Assembly (NCBI GenBank): GCA_963771045.1
Contig: CAVYRW010000004.1
Location: forward strand, 1,504,001-1,568,000
Direction of reading: 5' to 3'
Length of the DNA stretch: 64,000 nucleotides
Origin: Waddliaceae bacterium
Lineage (GTDB): Bacteria > Chlamydiota > Chlamydiia > Chlamydiales > SLFE01
This document shows, in pieces, positions 1 to 9,837 of the stretch (positions are counted from its first letter, which is position 1; each line of letters starts with the position of its first letter). Below the pieces are notes generated by a model. That model searched no databases and was not told the DNA's origin. It saw only the letters and a program-made list of their open reading frames with translations. Made by a program: the position numbers and the translations under genes.

Positions 1-2
1 TT

Positions 3-137
3 GCAAGACGGTATGGTAAAAAAATTATTTACCTTCCTATCGGCCAGCTGTCCCCTATCACACTAGGCAAGATCAGGGTCTTCCACGTTCTCGAAGGCCA
101 CGACAAAAGATTTATTGCTGACGAATACATCGATTGA
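3..137 (+). CDS. 3' end of an uncharacterised protein (partial, runs off the window start)
   Basis: Open frame from position 3 (ARRYGKKIIYLPIGQLSPITLGKIRVFHVLEGHDKRFIADEYID*) ending at TGA 135-137, just upstream of the next gene. Confidence 0.6.
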   Translation, partial: ARRYGKKIIYLPIGQLSPITLGKIRVFHVLEGHDKRFIADEYID

Positions 138-153
138 TGCTAAAATACTAGAC

Positions 154-849
154 ATGAAACAGATAAGAATATTTATTGTCCTGGCAGTCTTATTTAGCGT
201 CAACTTGATTTTGACCAATATCCTGGCAGTTAAAATATTTCAGCTTCCCTTTTCCGGCATTCCGCTAACGGGAGGCGATCTTCTCTATCCGATAAGTTTT
301 CTGATCACCGACATCGTCTGCGAAATTTGGGGTAAAAAATGGGCCAATTTTCTCGTGATGTGCGGATTTGGGATGAGCCTCTTTATGCTTTTGGCCGTCA
401 GCCTTACGCTCAAACTCCCTCCACACCCCTTCTGGGCAGCACCAGGCAATCCTTTCGGCTATAGCGACGCTAGCGCCTACCAAACTGCCTTCGAGTCGGT
501 TTTCCACGTCAGCGGCATCCTCGTCTTTGCTTCAATGACCGCCTACCTCATTTCCCAGTATACCGATGTCAACCTTTTCCATTTTTTTAAAAAGCTGACT
601 AAAGGCAGGCACCTTTGGCTCAGGAATAATGCCTCGACAATGACCTCTCAACTCATCGACTCGACCGTTTTCTCAACCATTTATTTTTATCTGGGCCTGG
701 GGTTAAATTTCTCTGCCTGCTTCGAAATCTGGCTGAGCATGTACACGTTTAAATTTCTTTTTGCCTTAGTCGACACTCCCCTTTGCTATGCCGGAGTTTT
801 CCTCATCAGAAAATTTGGCTATGAAGACTCGGTGGCATCTTCGGCATGA
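154..849 (+). CDS. yhhQ: Queuosine precursor (preQ0/preQ1) transporter, YhhQ/VUT family
   Basis: Hydrophobic protein with the motifs NILAVK, YPISFLITDIVCEIWG, ASMTAYLISQYTDV, HLWLRNNASTMTSQLIDS and DTP. ATG at 154 preferred over TTG at 115. Confidence 0.85.
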   Translation: MKQIRIFIVLAVLFSVNLILTNILAVKIFQLPFSGIPLTGGDLLYPISFLITDIVCEIWGKKWANFLVMCGFGMSLFMLLAVSLTLKLPPHPFWAAPGNPFGYSDASAYQTAFESVFHVSGILVFASMTAYLISQYTDVNLFHFFKKLTKGRHLWLRNNASTMTSQLIDSTVFSTIYFYLGLGLNFSACFEIWLSMYTFKFLFALVDTPLCYAGVFLIRKFGYEDSVASSA

Positions 850-3800
850 GTACTCGCTATCCGATTAGCGGGATGAAGCTGTCTTAAGGTGTCCTCGGCG
901 ACGCGGCTGATGAGTAGCTCCAAAACCATTGGACGTTTCAGGATAGGGTCAGCCACCGACTTAATAACATCAGCCAGCTTCTCCTCATTGCTTCCTAATA
1001 CTGCCGTCACTGCTTTGGAGACAATCCACCCCTTTTGCCCCGCTTCAAAGCGCGCCGCATCGTAGATCATAGCCGCCAGAAGCTCACACTCCTCTTTAAA
1101 AGAGGGATAAAAAGCCTCTTTTTCGCATGATTTCTTTGGTTCCTCCCGAGACGGCCCCATAAATTTTGTATAGAGCAAGGTTTCCTTAACATCGCTGCTG
1201 TTGGATGGGGGAAGGCTTGGATCCCTAGCAAGGAGTTTTTCATTGATTACTGAAGTGGCTTTCCGGATCACCTCATCAGAATTTAAACGGTATTCATCCA
1301 AGGCTCTGACCATAAGCGGGGCCAATGCATTGTTTAAAATAGCGTTAAAACCAGTGTTAATCAATCCCCCCAAAAAATTCTTAAACCCTCCGGCATTCAT
1401 AATCACGCTTTGAAGAAGCGCCTGATAGGGACGAAGCTCCTCGGGGCTGCACTTTCGTTCGGATTTGCGGCTCGCTACGGCAAAGATCGCAAGAGACAGA
1501 AGAGACAGATCAGCCTTTTTATCTTGAATACTTTTTAAGGCAGGGTCGAGGATATCTTGCAATTTTTCCCGATACAACTGGCGATTTTTTTCGGGGAGGA
1601 ATCGTTTTTCTAAGTAACCCTTTTGTGTTTTATCAGCATTTCCCGATGAGTCACGACATTCTGAATCAGAATTGTTTAGCATTGGTTTATTCGTAGATTC
1701 TGGGGCAAAATTCTCGTTGGATTTCTCTAAGATGTCTGGATCGCTACCGGCCAGTTCCTCTATGGGCAGGTTAGCAACACTTGGCACTTGATCATCGGGA
1801 GCGTCAGCGTGAATTGCCGGTGCTCCGCCAATCGGAAATTCCTCTTGTAATTTCTTAAAGACAACCTCGGAGACCTTGTCAAGACAGTCCTCGGTCAATG
1901 TGTTATTGTAGTTCATAAGAATACCCGCAACATCATTTCGCAGGCTCTCATTTTTCTTTTTTGCCAGCATCATCCCGATAAAAGTTTTCATTAACGTATC
2001 ATTCACTACAGGAAGAATGTCCTCACCGAGGAGCTTTTCAATTTTTTTCGGCTGCATATAAGTATGGATACGGGGTGTGATGACTCCTGCCAAAACTTTG
2101 TCAACAATCTGTTGCAGAGCAAATAGCTTGAAGGCATGATACATTTGGGGAGTTTTTTCTCTAAACCATGTCAACAAATTTCTGTATTTTTTATCCTCTT
2201 CACCAAAAAGAATATTTGCATACTTTTTAATGGTGTTGAGAACATAATTGCTGGGCATAAATCCTTTCGCCAATTCATATCCAAAGTTAGCCAGCTGCCT
2301 CAGATCTTTGGGAAGTTTGATCTCATTTGCGATCCGGAAAAGCAGGTCGCCGATCATTTCAAACTGATCTTCTCCATTTCCGGAACTCTCTTCAGACATG
2401 AGGCCGGGAAGCAGCATATCTCTAAGAGGTTTGCAAATATGGTCTTTCACCCACTCTTCAGTCACCCCACTTTTTACCATCTTAGGGGAATAATGGATCC
2501 CTTTCTCTTTGAGCAGAACGAGGAGATCAGTATTAAATTTATTCCTTCTCATTTTCTTAGCAGTTAATGAAGCATCAATAATCCGGGAAAGAAAATCATC
2601 GATCATCTCAATCTGACCTTCTCCAATGCCTGAACCTTCCTCTGAATCCAAACCAGAAAGAAGAATATCTTGAAGTGGTTTGCAATTTTGTTCTTTCACA
2701 CTCCCTTTAGGGTCATAATGGATCCCTTTCTCTTTGAGCAATTCGAAAAAATCAGAATTCAACGTGTCTGCTTTCTTTTTCCAGGTAGCTGATGAAGCAT
2801 CAAGAATCCGGGAAAGAAATTCATCGATCATCTCAATCTGACCTTCTCCAATGCCTGAACCTTCCTCTGAATCCAAACCAGAAAGCAGGATATCTCGAAA
2901 AGGTTTGCAATTTTGTTTTTTTACACGCCCCTTAGGATCAAAATGAATTCCTTTCTCTCTGAGTGCCTCGAAAAAATCGGAAATAAATTTTTTTGCTATA
3001 TTATCTTGTTTAATCTTATCCTGAGCAGCTAATGAGGCGTTAAGAAAATGACAGAATGTAGAGATGCTGTCGTCAATGATTCTATCCATAGGCGCTACAT
3101 GCAAAGCAGTCACTCCTTGGACGATCAAATGATCAGCTACTTTGGGAACAATTGTCTCACGCGTCTCGTCTAAGATACCTGGCAATTTTTCGGAAAGCCC
3201 GGGAATTCGTTTTCCAGCAAGCTCTATAGTCCTGTCTTTTAACAGGCGCGTTGTCAATAAAGCATAGCAATCGGCGACAAGCCTCATATCGATCTCGGAA
3301 GTAATTTTATTGTTAACCCAAGACTCAAAAGGTTCATTTCCTCGGACTCCATTTTTCATCCAGTCAGCTATAACCTTAAAATACTCGGCAACCTCTTCTT
3401 TTTTATCCTCCGAGCCAGCCCTTTTTACATGAAGTTGAAGAGCCATCTCCCCCTCTTCTTCGAAAATCTTTTGAAGCTTGACGTCTTTCAAAAGAAACTC
3501 GTAAACATCCTTCAAGTAATTTTTCATGGATTGATGTTCCAAATACAAAATATGGCCTGGTTTAAAATCCTTGCTCAGATCCGCGTCTGGAAAAACTTCG
3601 CGAAAACAGCTAACAGCAATTTTATTCTCAGGCTTAGCAAGCCATTGTTTGACCTTTTTCTCCCTATCCTTTAAAGAGGGTCCGCTCCCATTCAACAGCA
3701 ATGGAATCACCGGACCGTTCAAAATTAAAAATTTTTGGATAAGCGGCTCTTTCATAATCACTTTGATTGCGGGAATGCCTATCTCAAAATGTGGAAGGAA

Positions 3801-4295
3801 TTTCATCGCCAGATCGATATATTGTTTTAGATGTTCTTCATAAAAGATATCTGTCGCGGTTTTTGTGAGATTCATCAGCGCACCTCGAAGATCTTCGAGG
3901 TCTTGAGTTTCTAAAGGTACGTACTTGGGTTCGACAATGCGGCTTCCGGATGATGCTGCAAGTGAAAGATGACTGTCAGATCGAGCTGCAGGCTTTGTGG
4001 CCGGAGGTCTAGGGGATTTATTTTCAGCAAGGATTTGTTCAATCCTTTGGCGGTAGTGTGCGAGATCGTCCGCTCGATTTGCTTTCGCACTGACCCGCCC
4101 TAAACCAAACTTTCGCACCAGATTGCGAAGCGGCCGATAGGTATAATTCCAAATCCATCGAAAAGGAGCCGTCAGAATGCGAAAAGCGGTAAGTGCGGTC
4201 GTTCCAATGACAAGAATTTTTTGTTCATCGTTATTCTTAATTTCCGGAGGTCTGGTTAAAGGAATTGAGCTGCTTGCTTGAGTTGTCCTATTCAT
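819..4295 (-). CDS. Large helical hypothetical protein with internal 75-aa repeats (effector-like)
   Basis: More than 1150 codons open. Ser/Thr/Pro-rich N-terminus from ATG 4295 (MNRTTQASSSIP). No recognised domain. Confidence 0.8.
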   Translation of the reverse strand: MNRTTQASSSIPLTRPPEIKNNDEQKILVIGTTALTAFRILTAPFRWIWNYTYRPLRNLVRKFGLGRVSAKANRADDLAHYRQRIEQILAENKSPRPPATKPAARSDSHLSLAASSGSRIVEPKYVPLETQDLEDLRGALMNLTKTATDIFYEEHLKQYIDLAMKFLPHFEIGIPAIKVIMKEPLIQKFLILNGPVIPLLLNGSGPSLKDREKKVKQWLAKPENKIAVSCFREVFPDADLSKDFKPGHILYLEHQSMKNYLKDVYEFLLKDVKLQKIFEEEGEMALQLHVKRAGSEDKKEEVAEYFKVIADWMKNGVRGNEPFESWVNNKITSEIDMRLVADCYALLTTRLLKDRTIELAGKRIPGLSEKLPGILDETRETIVPKVADHLIVQGVTALHVAPMDRIIDDSISTFCHFLNASLAAQDKIKQDNIAKKFISDFFEALREKGIHFDPKGRVKKQNCKPFRDILLSGLDSEEGSGIGEGQIEMIDEFLSRILDASSATWKKKADTLNSDFFELLKEKGIHYDPKGSVKEQNCKPLQDILLSGLDSEEGSGIGEGQIEMIDDFLSRIIDASLTAKKMRRNKFNTDLLVLLKEKGIHYSPKMVKSGVTEEWVKDHICKPLRDMLLPGLMSEESSGNGEDQFEMIGDLLFRIANEIKLPKDLRQLANFGYELAKGFMPSNYVLNTIKKYANILFGEEDKKYRNLLTWFREKTPQMYHAFKLFALQQIVDKVLAGVITPRIHTYMQPKKIEKLLGEDILPVVNDTLMKTFIGMMLAKKKNESLRNDVAGILMNYNNTLTEDCLDKVSEVVFKKLQEEFPIGGAPAIHADAPDDQVPSVANLPIEELAGSDPDILEKSNENFAPESTNKPMLNNSDSECRDSSGNADKTQKGYLEKRFLPEKNRQLYREKLQDILDPALKSIQDKKADLSLLSLAIFAVASRKSERKCSPEELRPYQALLQSVIMNAGGFKNFLGGLINTGFNAILNNALAPLMVRALDEYRLNSDEVIRKATSVINEKLLARDPSLPPSNSSDVKETLLYTKFMGPSREEPKKSCEKEAFYPSFKEECELLAAMIYDAARFEAGQKGWIVSKAVTAVLGSNEEKLADVIKSVADPILKRPMVLELLISRVAEDTLRQLHPANRIASTHAEDATESS
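2330..2985 (-). repeat. About three tandem in-frame coding repeats, 225-bp period for the two near-identical units
   Basis: atccgggaaag occurs at 2581 and 2806. The protein unit EKGIH.(D/S)PK...CKP..D.LL.GL.SEE.SG.GE.Q.EMI occurs three times. Confidence 0.9.
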
Positions 4296-4391
4296 AAAGC
4301 CTACTCTGTTAAAAATTTTCAAACAAAATCTTAACACAAAGTATAATTACAGAATATTAAGAAATAATAAAAGCGGCCCTTGATCTTATCG

Positions 4392-5021
4392 ATGAATTTC
4401 ATTACAATTTTTTTTATGCAAATCAACAAAAAATTTGACAAAGGAACTAACGCTCTTGATTTAACTGACACTGTCGAGTTAACCGATGATCAACTCGTTC
4501 ATGTTCTGCAAAACACAGCCTATCTTAATTTAACCAGATGCAGAAAGCTGACCGATTCATTCATCAAAGAACTTTCAAAAAATTTGCAGCATCTGACTTT
4601 AAGGCACCTAACGAAAGTGACAGGCAAAGAATTTAGCCGGCTGCCAACATGCCTCAAGACCCTGGATCTAACTGGATGCTTCAATTTCAAAGGGGAAAAT
4701 ATCAGACACATCCCCAGAGCTCTTTCCGAGCTCAATATAGAAGGGTGCTATAAAGTAAGCGACAAGCATGTAAAAGATCTTCCCCCTGAATTGACCGTTT
4801 TCACATACTCCCACAAGTGCCCTTATTTTGCCCCATGCGGAAATATTACTCTACAAGGACTCGCTGATCTTCCTGAAACTATCAGGTCGGTAACAATCAA
4901 ACGGTGCGGGATGCACAACACTCAATATCCCGGAATTTTTCCTTCGGGCGTGGTCAAAAGCATCAGCTCGCCGCCCTCCTTAAATCCAAAGGAACGAAAC
5001 TCCCCCCACGAGTTTTCCTGA
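4392..5021 (+). CDS. Leucine-rich repeat protein (Cys-containing, F-box-LRR-like repeats)
   Basis: Repeated LxxLxLxxCxxL/I units (YLNLTRCRKLTD, LKTLDLTGCFNF, LSELNIEGCYKVSD) with LP-containing spacers. Confidence 0.75.
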   Translation: MNFITIFFMQINKKFDKGTNALDLTDTVELTDDQLVHVLQNTAYLNLTRCRKLTDSFIKELSKNLQHLTLRHLTKVTGKEFSRLPTCLKTLDLTGCFNFKGENIRHIPRALSELNIEGCYKVSDKHVKDLPPELTVFTYSHKCPYFAPCGNITLQGLADLPETIRSVTIKRCGMHNTQYPGIFPSGVVKSISSPPSLNPKERNSPHEFS

Positions 5022-5902
5022 TAAATTTGATCGCCGTAGCCCGGTTTTGAGCCGCACGGCCATCCGTAGGCATACCAGAAGAGCCTCTCGGCGGGATCGA
5101 GAATCTCTGCGCTCACTGTCCCCCAGGGAAGGTCTTCTTTGGAATAACTTTCGCTTTTGCGGGTGCCGTGATTGCAAATTGAAAATCCCCATGCCGGAAG
5201 AAGAGGATTTTCACGAGGATCGCGATCACTATTTTCATGGTCCGACAAAATTTTTTTCATCGCCTCGATATCCAATTGCCCCTCAAACATTTCGACAAGC
5301 TCCTGTCCTCGCTCCATTCTCGTCCGGTTATTGTTGTTTTTGTCGATTATGAGCGACAGGGCGGAATTGTAAGAAATTAGCGGCTCGGAAAGGTAGCAGT
5401 TGACAGCGAGAACGACGCCGGGATTTTCAGCCGAATAGCGGTCGTAGACGGACATGCCGAAATTCCCTACTTCTATATGAGCCAAATCTCCTGCGGCGTC
5501 GGCCAGCAAAACAGAGTAGGCAGGGTGGATTTCCTTATGATTAGCAAAAGCGGCGATCGCCTCGGAAACGGTTTTGCACCGGCCCATGATATATTCGGTA
5601 ATATCGGCAAAAGCAGTTGGATTCTCAGGCTTTGCCAAACCTTCCTTTTCAAAAATCATGGCGCATGTGAACGCAAGACCCGCTTCGTTGATCCCTCTTG
5701 TCGTCTCTTTCTTCCTGGCAAAATATCCCCTCTCTTCCAGGGTATGTTCTGTCGTGGATACAAGTTCGGTGCCGATGTACGCCAGCTTTCCTTTCGGGCG
5801 GACCTGCCTTAGAAAAGTTCTGACATCATAAGGATCGTCGCTCACGCTGCCAAGCAAGGGGCGGCTGTGTTGGTCTGTAAACCCGATGAGAAAGCAGCCC
5901 AT
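4922..5902 (-). CDS. Ntn-hydrolase, peptidase C45 / linear amide C-N hydrolase-like
   Basis: N-terminal Cys nucleophile (MGC...) plus the motifs GINEAGLA, LLADAAGDLAHIE, KILSDH, SICNH and GWPC. Confidence 0.7.
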   Translation of the reverse strand: MGCFLIGFTDQHSRPLLGSVSDDPYDVRTFLRQVRPKGKLAYIGTELVSTTEHTLEERGYFARKKETTRGINEAGLAFTCAMIFEKEGLAKPENPTAFADITEYIMGRCKTVSEAIAAFANHKEIHPAYSVLLADAAGDLAHIEVGNFGMSVYDRYSAENPGVVLAVNCYLSEPLISYNSALSLIIDKNNNNRTRMERGQELVEMFEGQLDIEAMKKILSDHENSDRDPRENPLLPAWGFSICNHGTRKSESYSKEDLPWGTVSAEILDPAERLFWYAYGWPCGSKPGYGDQIYQENSWGEFRSFGFKEGGELMLLTTPEGKIPGY

Positions 5903-5904
5903 TA

Positions 5905-6372
5905 TTAAGATTCAAAAAAGTGGCTGTGGAGCATCCAGGCGGTTTTTTCATGAAAACGGAGACGGTCGATCAGCATATCTCCCGTTCCCTCATCGCCAAG
6001 CTCGATAGCCTCTTTGATTTGTTCCCTTAAATCTTTGATGACAAGTTCATGGTCAATCAAAAGTTCCGACAGCATATCGTCGCCGGAAAGGTTTGTCTCC
6101 GCTTCGTCGAGAGTTCCGATATCCAAAAACTCCCTGAGCGATCCGGGAGACTTAAATCCCAGCATCCGAATCCTTTCGGCAATCTCATCTACCGCCTCGA
6201 ACAAAGCTTCATATTGCTCCTGAAAAAATTCATGCAGCGAATGAAACCTGACATCGACAACATTCCAATGAAAATTTTGGGTTTTGACCAAAAGCAAATA
6301 CGTATTTGCCAGGGACCTGGACAAAAGAACCTTAATCTTTTGAGCCGATTTTTTATCTAAACCTGCAGCCAT
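5905..6372 (-). CDS. dps: DNA starvation/stationary phase protection protein Dps
   Basis: KTQNFHWNV...FHSLHEFFQEQY...DEIAERIR...HEKTAWML Dps signatures. Confidence 0.95.
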   Translation of the reverse strand: MAAGLDKKSAQKIKVLLSRSLANTYLLLVKTQNFHWNVVDVRFHSLHEFFQEQYEALFEAVDEIAERIRMLGFKSPGSLREFLDIGTLDEAETNLSGDDMLSELLIDHELVIKDLREQIKEAIELGDEGTGDMLIDRLRFHEKTAWMLHSHFFES

Positions 6373-6502
6373 AATACGACCCTCCTAATTTCAGAAGTTG
6401 CTTGAATATGCCAGAAATGTCAAGATAATCACAAAATACACTGGCTTTTAGTGTTTTATAAAGTCTTATTTAAATAAATTCGCCGCAGGTAATATTAAAA
6501 TT

Positions 6503-8005
6503 ATGAAGAACCTTGTTGTCGTTAATCAAAAAAGAGACTGGCAGATAAAACACCCTGACATCCAGGTTGTTACAGCCAAGGAATACATCAAAAGTCCCGA
6601 TTTTAGCTCCGGGGCGGGATATCGGGTATTCAATTTGTGCCGCTCATACAATTATCAAAAGCTGGGATACTATGTCACGCTTATCGCCGAGGCGCGCGGG
6701 CACAAACCCCACCCGACACTAACAGCTATAGAAGACTTTAAATCCCCTTCTATGGTCAGCTATGTTTCCAAAGAACTCGACGACCTCATTCAAAAAAACT
6801 TGAAAAAAATCACTTCAAATCAATTTCTCTTAAGCGTCTATTTCGGCAAAAACATAGCCAAATGCTACGACCGGCTGGCAGCCTATCTTTACCAGCAGTT
6901 TCAGATCCCCTTTCTTCAGGCAAAATTCACAAAAATGGAAAGGGGATGGACTCTTGCAAGCGTCCGTCCCCTTTCCATGAACCAAATTCCCGAAGAACAT
7001 CTCGATTTTGCCAATGAACAAACCCTGCAGTATCTGTCGAAAAGAAAAACACCCCAGCTAAGCAAAACAAAAACCCGCTATGATTTGGGAATACTGATCA
7101 ACCCGGACGAAACGACGCCCCCTTCAGATAAACGGGCCATACAAAAGTTTCTCAAAGCTGCCGATCTTTTAGGGGTCAATGCCGAACTCATCCAAAAAGA
7201 GGACTTGGCGCGTATCGCAGAATTCGACGCCCTATTTATTCGTGAAACCACCCATGTGAACCACCACACCTACCAATTTTCCAGAAGAGCTTTGGCCAAC
7301 GGCCTTGTCGTCATCGACGATCCCCTATCGATTCTGCGCTGCTGCAACAAAGTCTATTTATATGAAGTTCTGGAGAAGCACAAAATTCCGATACCAAAAA
7401 CAACTATGGTCGATGCCGACAACATCCTCGATATCGCCCCTTCGCTCGACTATCCCGCAGTCCTCAAGCAGCCCGACAGCTCATTTTCAAAAGGGGTGAT
7501 TAAAGTCAGCACTGAGCAGGAATTTATCGAGCAGACAAAAAAACTTCTGGAAAACTCCGATCTGATCCTTTCACAAGAATATATGCCCACGGAGTTTGAC
7601 TGGCGGATCGGCATCCTGGACGGAAAGCCGCTGTACTGCTGCCACTATTACATGGTCAAAAACCACTGGCAGATCTGCCGCACAACGAAAGCCGGAAAGA
7701 TGCAGGAAGGATCGTCCCAAGGCATCCCGCTCGACCAGGTTCCAAAAAAAGCCCTGGAGCTGGCCGTCAAGGCCTCCAAGCTGATAGGAGACGGCCTCTA
7801 CGGCGTCGATATCAAAGAATCGGGTGGAAAGTTTTATGTTATCGAAGTCAATGACAATCCCAGCTTGGACGCCGGACACGAAGATGTCATTTTAAAAGAT
7901 GAACTTTATCGGATCATTATTTCCTCGATAGTCAGACGCCTTGATGATAAAAATCTTAAAATCCGCCAGGAAACAAAAAAACGGTATGCAAAAGTCGCTG
8001 GTTAA
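6503..8005 (+). CDS. RimK-family ATP-grasp ligase with N-terminal RLAN domain
   Basis: N-terminal VFNLCRSY.YQ..GYYV.L.AEARGH. ATP-grasp motifs FDALFIRETT, VLKQPDSSFSKGV, QEYMPTEFDWRIG, GLYGVDIK and IEVNDNP. Confidence 0.9.
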   Translation: MKNLVVVNQKRDWQIKHPDIQVVTAKEYIKSPDFSSGAGYRVFNLCRSYNYQKLGYYVTLIAEARGHKPHPTLTAIEDFKSPSMVSYVSKELDDLIQKNLKKITSNQFLLSVYFGKNIAKCYDRLAAYLYQQFQIPFLQAKFTKMERGWTLASVRPLSMNQIPEEHLDFANEQTLQYLSKRKTPQLSKTKTRYDLGILINPDETTPPSDKRAIQKFLKAADLLGVNAELIQKEDLARIAEFDALFIRETTHVNHHTYQFSRRALANGLVVIDDPLSILRCCNKVYLYEVLEKHKIPIPKTTMVDADNILDIAPSLDYPAVLKQPDSSFSKGVIKVSTEQEFIEQTKKLLENSDLILSQEYMPTEFDWRIGILDGKPLYCCHYYMVKNHWQICRTTKAGKMQEGSSQGIPLDQVPKKALELAVKASKLIGDGLYGVDIKESGGKFYVIEVNDNPSLDAGHEDVILKDELYRIIISSIVRRLDDKNLKIRQETKKRYAKVAG

Positions 8006-9191
8006 ACTCCATCTCTTCGAAGCCTTTGGAATCGAGCTGGAATATATGATCGTGGATAAAGACACGCTCGATGTCAAGCCTATTGCCGACCGGCTTTTTT
8101 TCTCTTATGCCAAAACGTATGATTCGGAAATAGAAAGAGGGTCGATTAGCTGGAATAACGAACTGGCGCTTCATGTGCTTGAGCTCAAAACGACCTTGCC
8201 GACAAACGACCTGAGTAAAATTCACCACGCATTCACCAAAGAAGTGCAGATGATCAACAAGCTCCTAAAACCTTTCAACGCCTGCTTGATGCCAACAGCA
8301 ATGCACCCGTGGATGAACCCTCTTGACGAACTGCGCCTCTGGCCCCACGGAGACAACCCCTGGTACCAGGAGTTTCACAGAATCTTCGACTGCCGCGGGC
8401 ACGGCTGGGCCAACCTGCAAAGCATGCACATCAACTTCCCCTTCGAAGGCGAGAAGGAATTTGTTCGTCTCCATTCGGCCATACGGCTGATCCTTCCGAT
8501 CATTCCCGCCATCGCTGCCAGCTCTCCCATCATGGAAGGAAAAGCAACCGGAATCAAAGATAGCCGCCTTGAAGTCTACAAATCCAACTCAAAAAAGATC
8601 CCTTCGATAACCGGAGAGGTCATCCCCGAAGTTGTCCGCTCTTTTAGCGACTACCAAAATATTCTTGGCCGCATATCGGAAGATCTGTCCAAAGAAGATC
8701 CCAAAAAAGTCCTCGATCCAGAATGGACAAATTCTCGGGGCGCCATCGTCCGTTTCGAAAGAAACGCTATCGAAATCAGGCTCATCGACACGCAAGAGAG
8801 CGCCCTTTCCGATCTGGCCGTTTCCCACGCAGTCATCTCCTTAGTCCGCTGGCTGACAGGCCGCGCCACCTCCGACTACCATAAGTTCGATGAAAAGCGG
8901 CTCAAAGCCATACTCGACCAAACAATTAAACATGCGGAAAACGCCCTGATCGAAGACACCGAGTATTTAAATCTTTTTGAATGCAGCTCCCCCTGCAAAG
9001 CAAAAGAGCTCTGGAACCTGCTCTACGATAAACACCTGGCAGCGGATAAAACGTTCGAGCCTCCATTAAAAACCATTCTAGCCAAAGGATCGCTTGCGAC
9101 AAGAATTGCCAGCGCCGCAGAAAAATATCCGTTGAAAGATATTTATCGCAGGCTTTGTCAAACCCTTCACGAGGGGCGGATTTTTGACTAA
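7986..9191 (+). CDS. Glutamate-cysteine ligase family 2 (GCS2/YbdK-like carboxylate-amine ligase)
   Basis: FGIELEYMIVD, NELALHVLELKT, MPTAMHP, NLQSMHIN, AASSP and SRGAIVRF..AIEIRLID motifs. ATG at 7986 overlaps the end of the upstream gene. Confidence 0.85.
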   Translation: MQKSLVKLHLFEAFGIELEYMIVDKDTLDVKPIADRLFFSYAKTYDSEIERGSISWNNELALHVLELKTTLPTNDLSKIHHAFTKEVQMINKLLKPFNACLMPTAMHPWMNPLDELRLWPHGDNPWYQEFHRIFDCRGHGWANLQSMHINFPFEGEKEFVRLHSAIRLILPIIPAIAASSPIMEGKATGIKDSRLEVYKSNSKKIPSITGEVIPEVVRSFSDYQNILGRISEDLSKEDPKKVLDPEWTNSRGAIVRFERNAIEIRLIDTQESALSDLAVSHAVISLVRWLTGRATSDYHKFDEKRLKAILDQTIKHAENALIEDTEYLNLFECSSPCKAKELWNLLYDKHLAADKTFEPPLKTILAKGSLATRIASAAEKYPLKDIYRRLCQTLHEGRIFD

Positions 9192-9837
9192 CCTAATCAT
9201 CACATGCGAACACGGCGGCAATGAAATTCCCGATGAATGGAAAGACCTGTTTCCTCAGCCATGCCCCGAGCTCATGACACATCGCGGATACGATATCGGA
9301 GCGCTTAAAATTGCCAAACATCTTGCTGAGGCATTCTCCGCGCCGCTGTTTTACAATGAAATTACCAGGCTCCTTATCGATTTCAACCGATCGATAGGTC
9401 GCAAAAACCAGTTTAGCGAATTTTCAAGAAGACTCCCCAAGGCCGAGAAGAACCAATTAATCGAGTCCTACTATCTTCCCTACAGACAAAATATCGAACA
9501 GACGATCCGGCCGCTGCTTCCAGTGATTCACCTATCCGTCCACAGCTTTACTCCCTGTTTGAAAGGGAAAGTGCGCGATGTCGATATCGGCCTTCTTTAC
9601 GATCCCAAAAAACCAACCGAAAAGAAGCTGGCCTGCCGCTGGAAGCAAAACATCCCCAAAAACTACCGCGTCAGGATGAATAAGCCTTACCTCGGCATCT
9701 CCGACGGACTGATCCCTGAGCTTAGAAAGCAATTCGCCTCTCCCGGTTACACAGGACTTGAACTTGAAGTGAATCAGGGTATCCTTTCAAATGATTTGGA
9801 AAACATCCTAAAAGAGAGTTTAGAAAGAACTCTATGA
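9184..9837 (+). CDS. N-formylglutamate amidohydrolase family protein
   Basis: ITCEHGGNEIP, HRGYDIGA, RLLIDFNRS, HLSVHSFTP, DIGLLYD and LELEVNQ motifs. Confidence 0.85.
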   Translation: MTNLIITCEHGGNEIPDEWKDLFPQPCPELMTHRGYDIGALKIAKHLAEAFSAPLFYNEITRLLIDFNRSIGRKNQFSEFSRRLPKAEKNQLIESYYLPYRQNIEQTIRPLLPVIHLSVHSFTPCLKGKVRDVDIGLLYDPKKPTEKKLACRWKQNIPKNYRVRMNKPYLGISDGLIPELRKQFASPGYTGLELEVNQGILSNDLENILKESLERTL

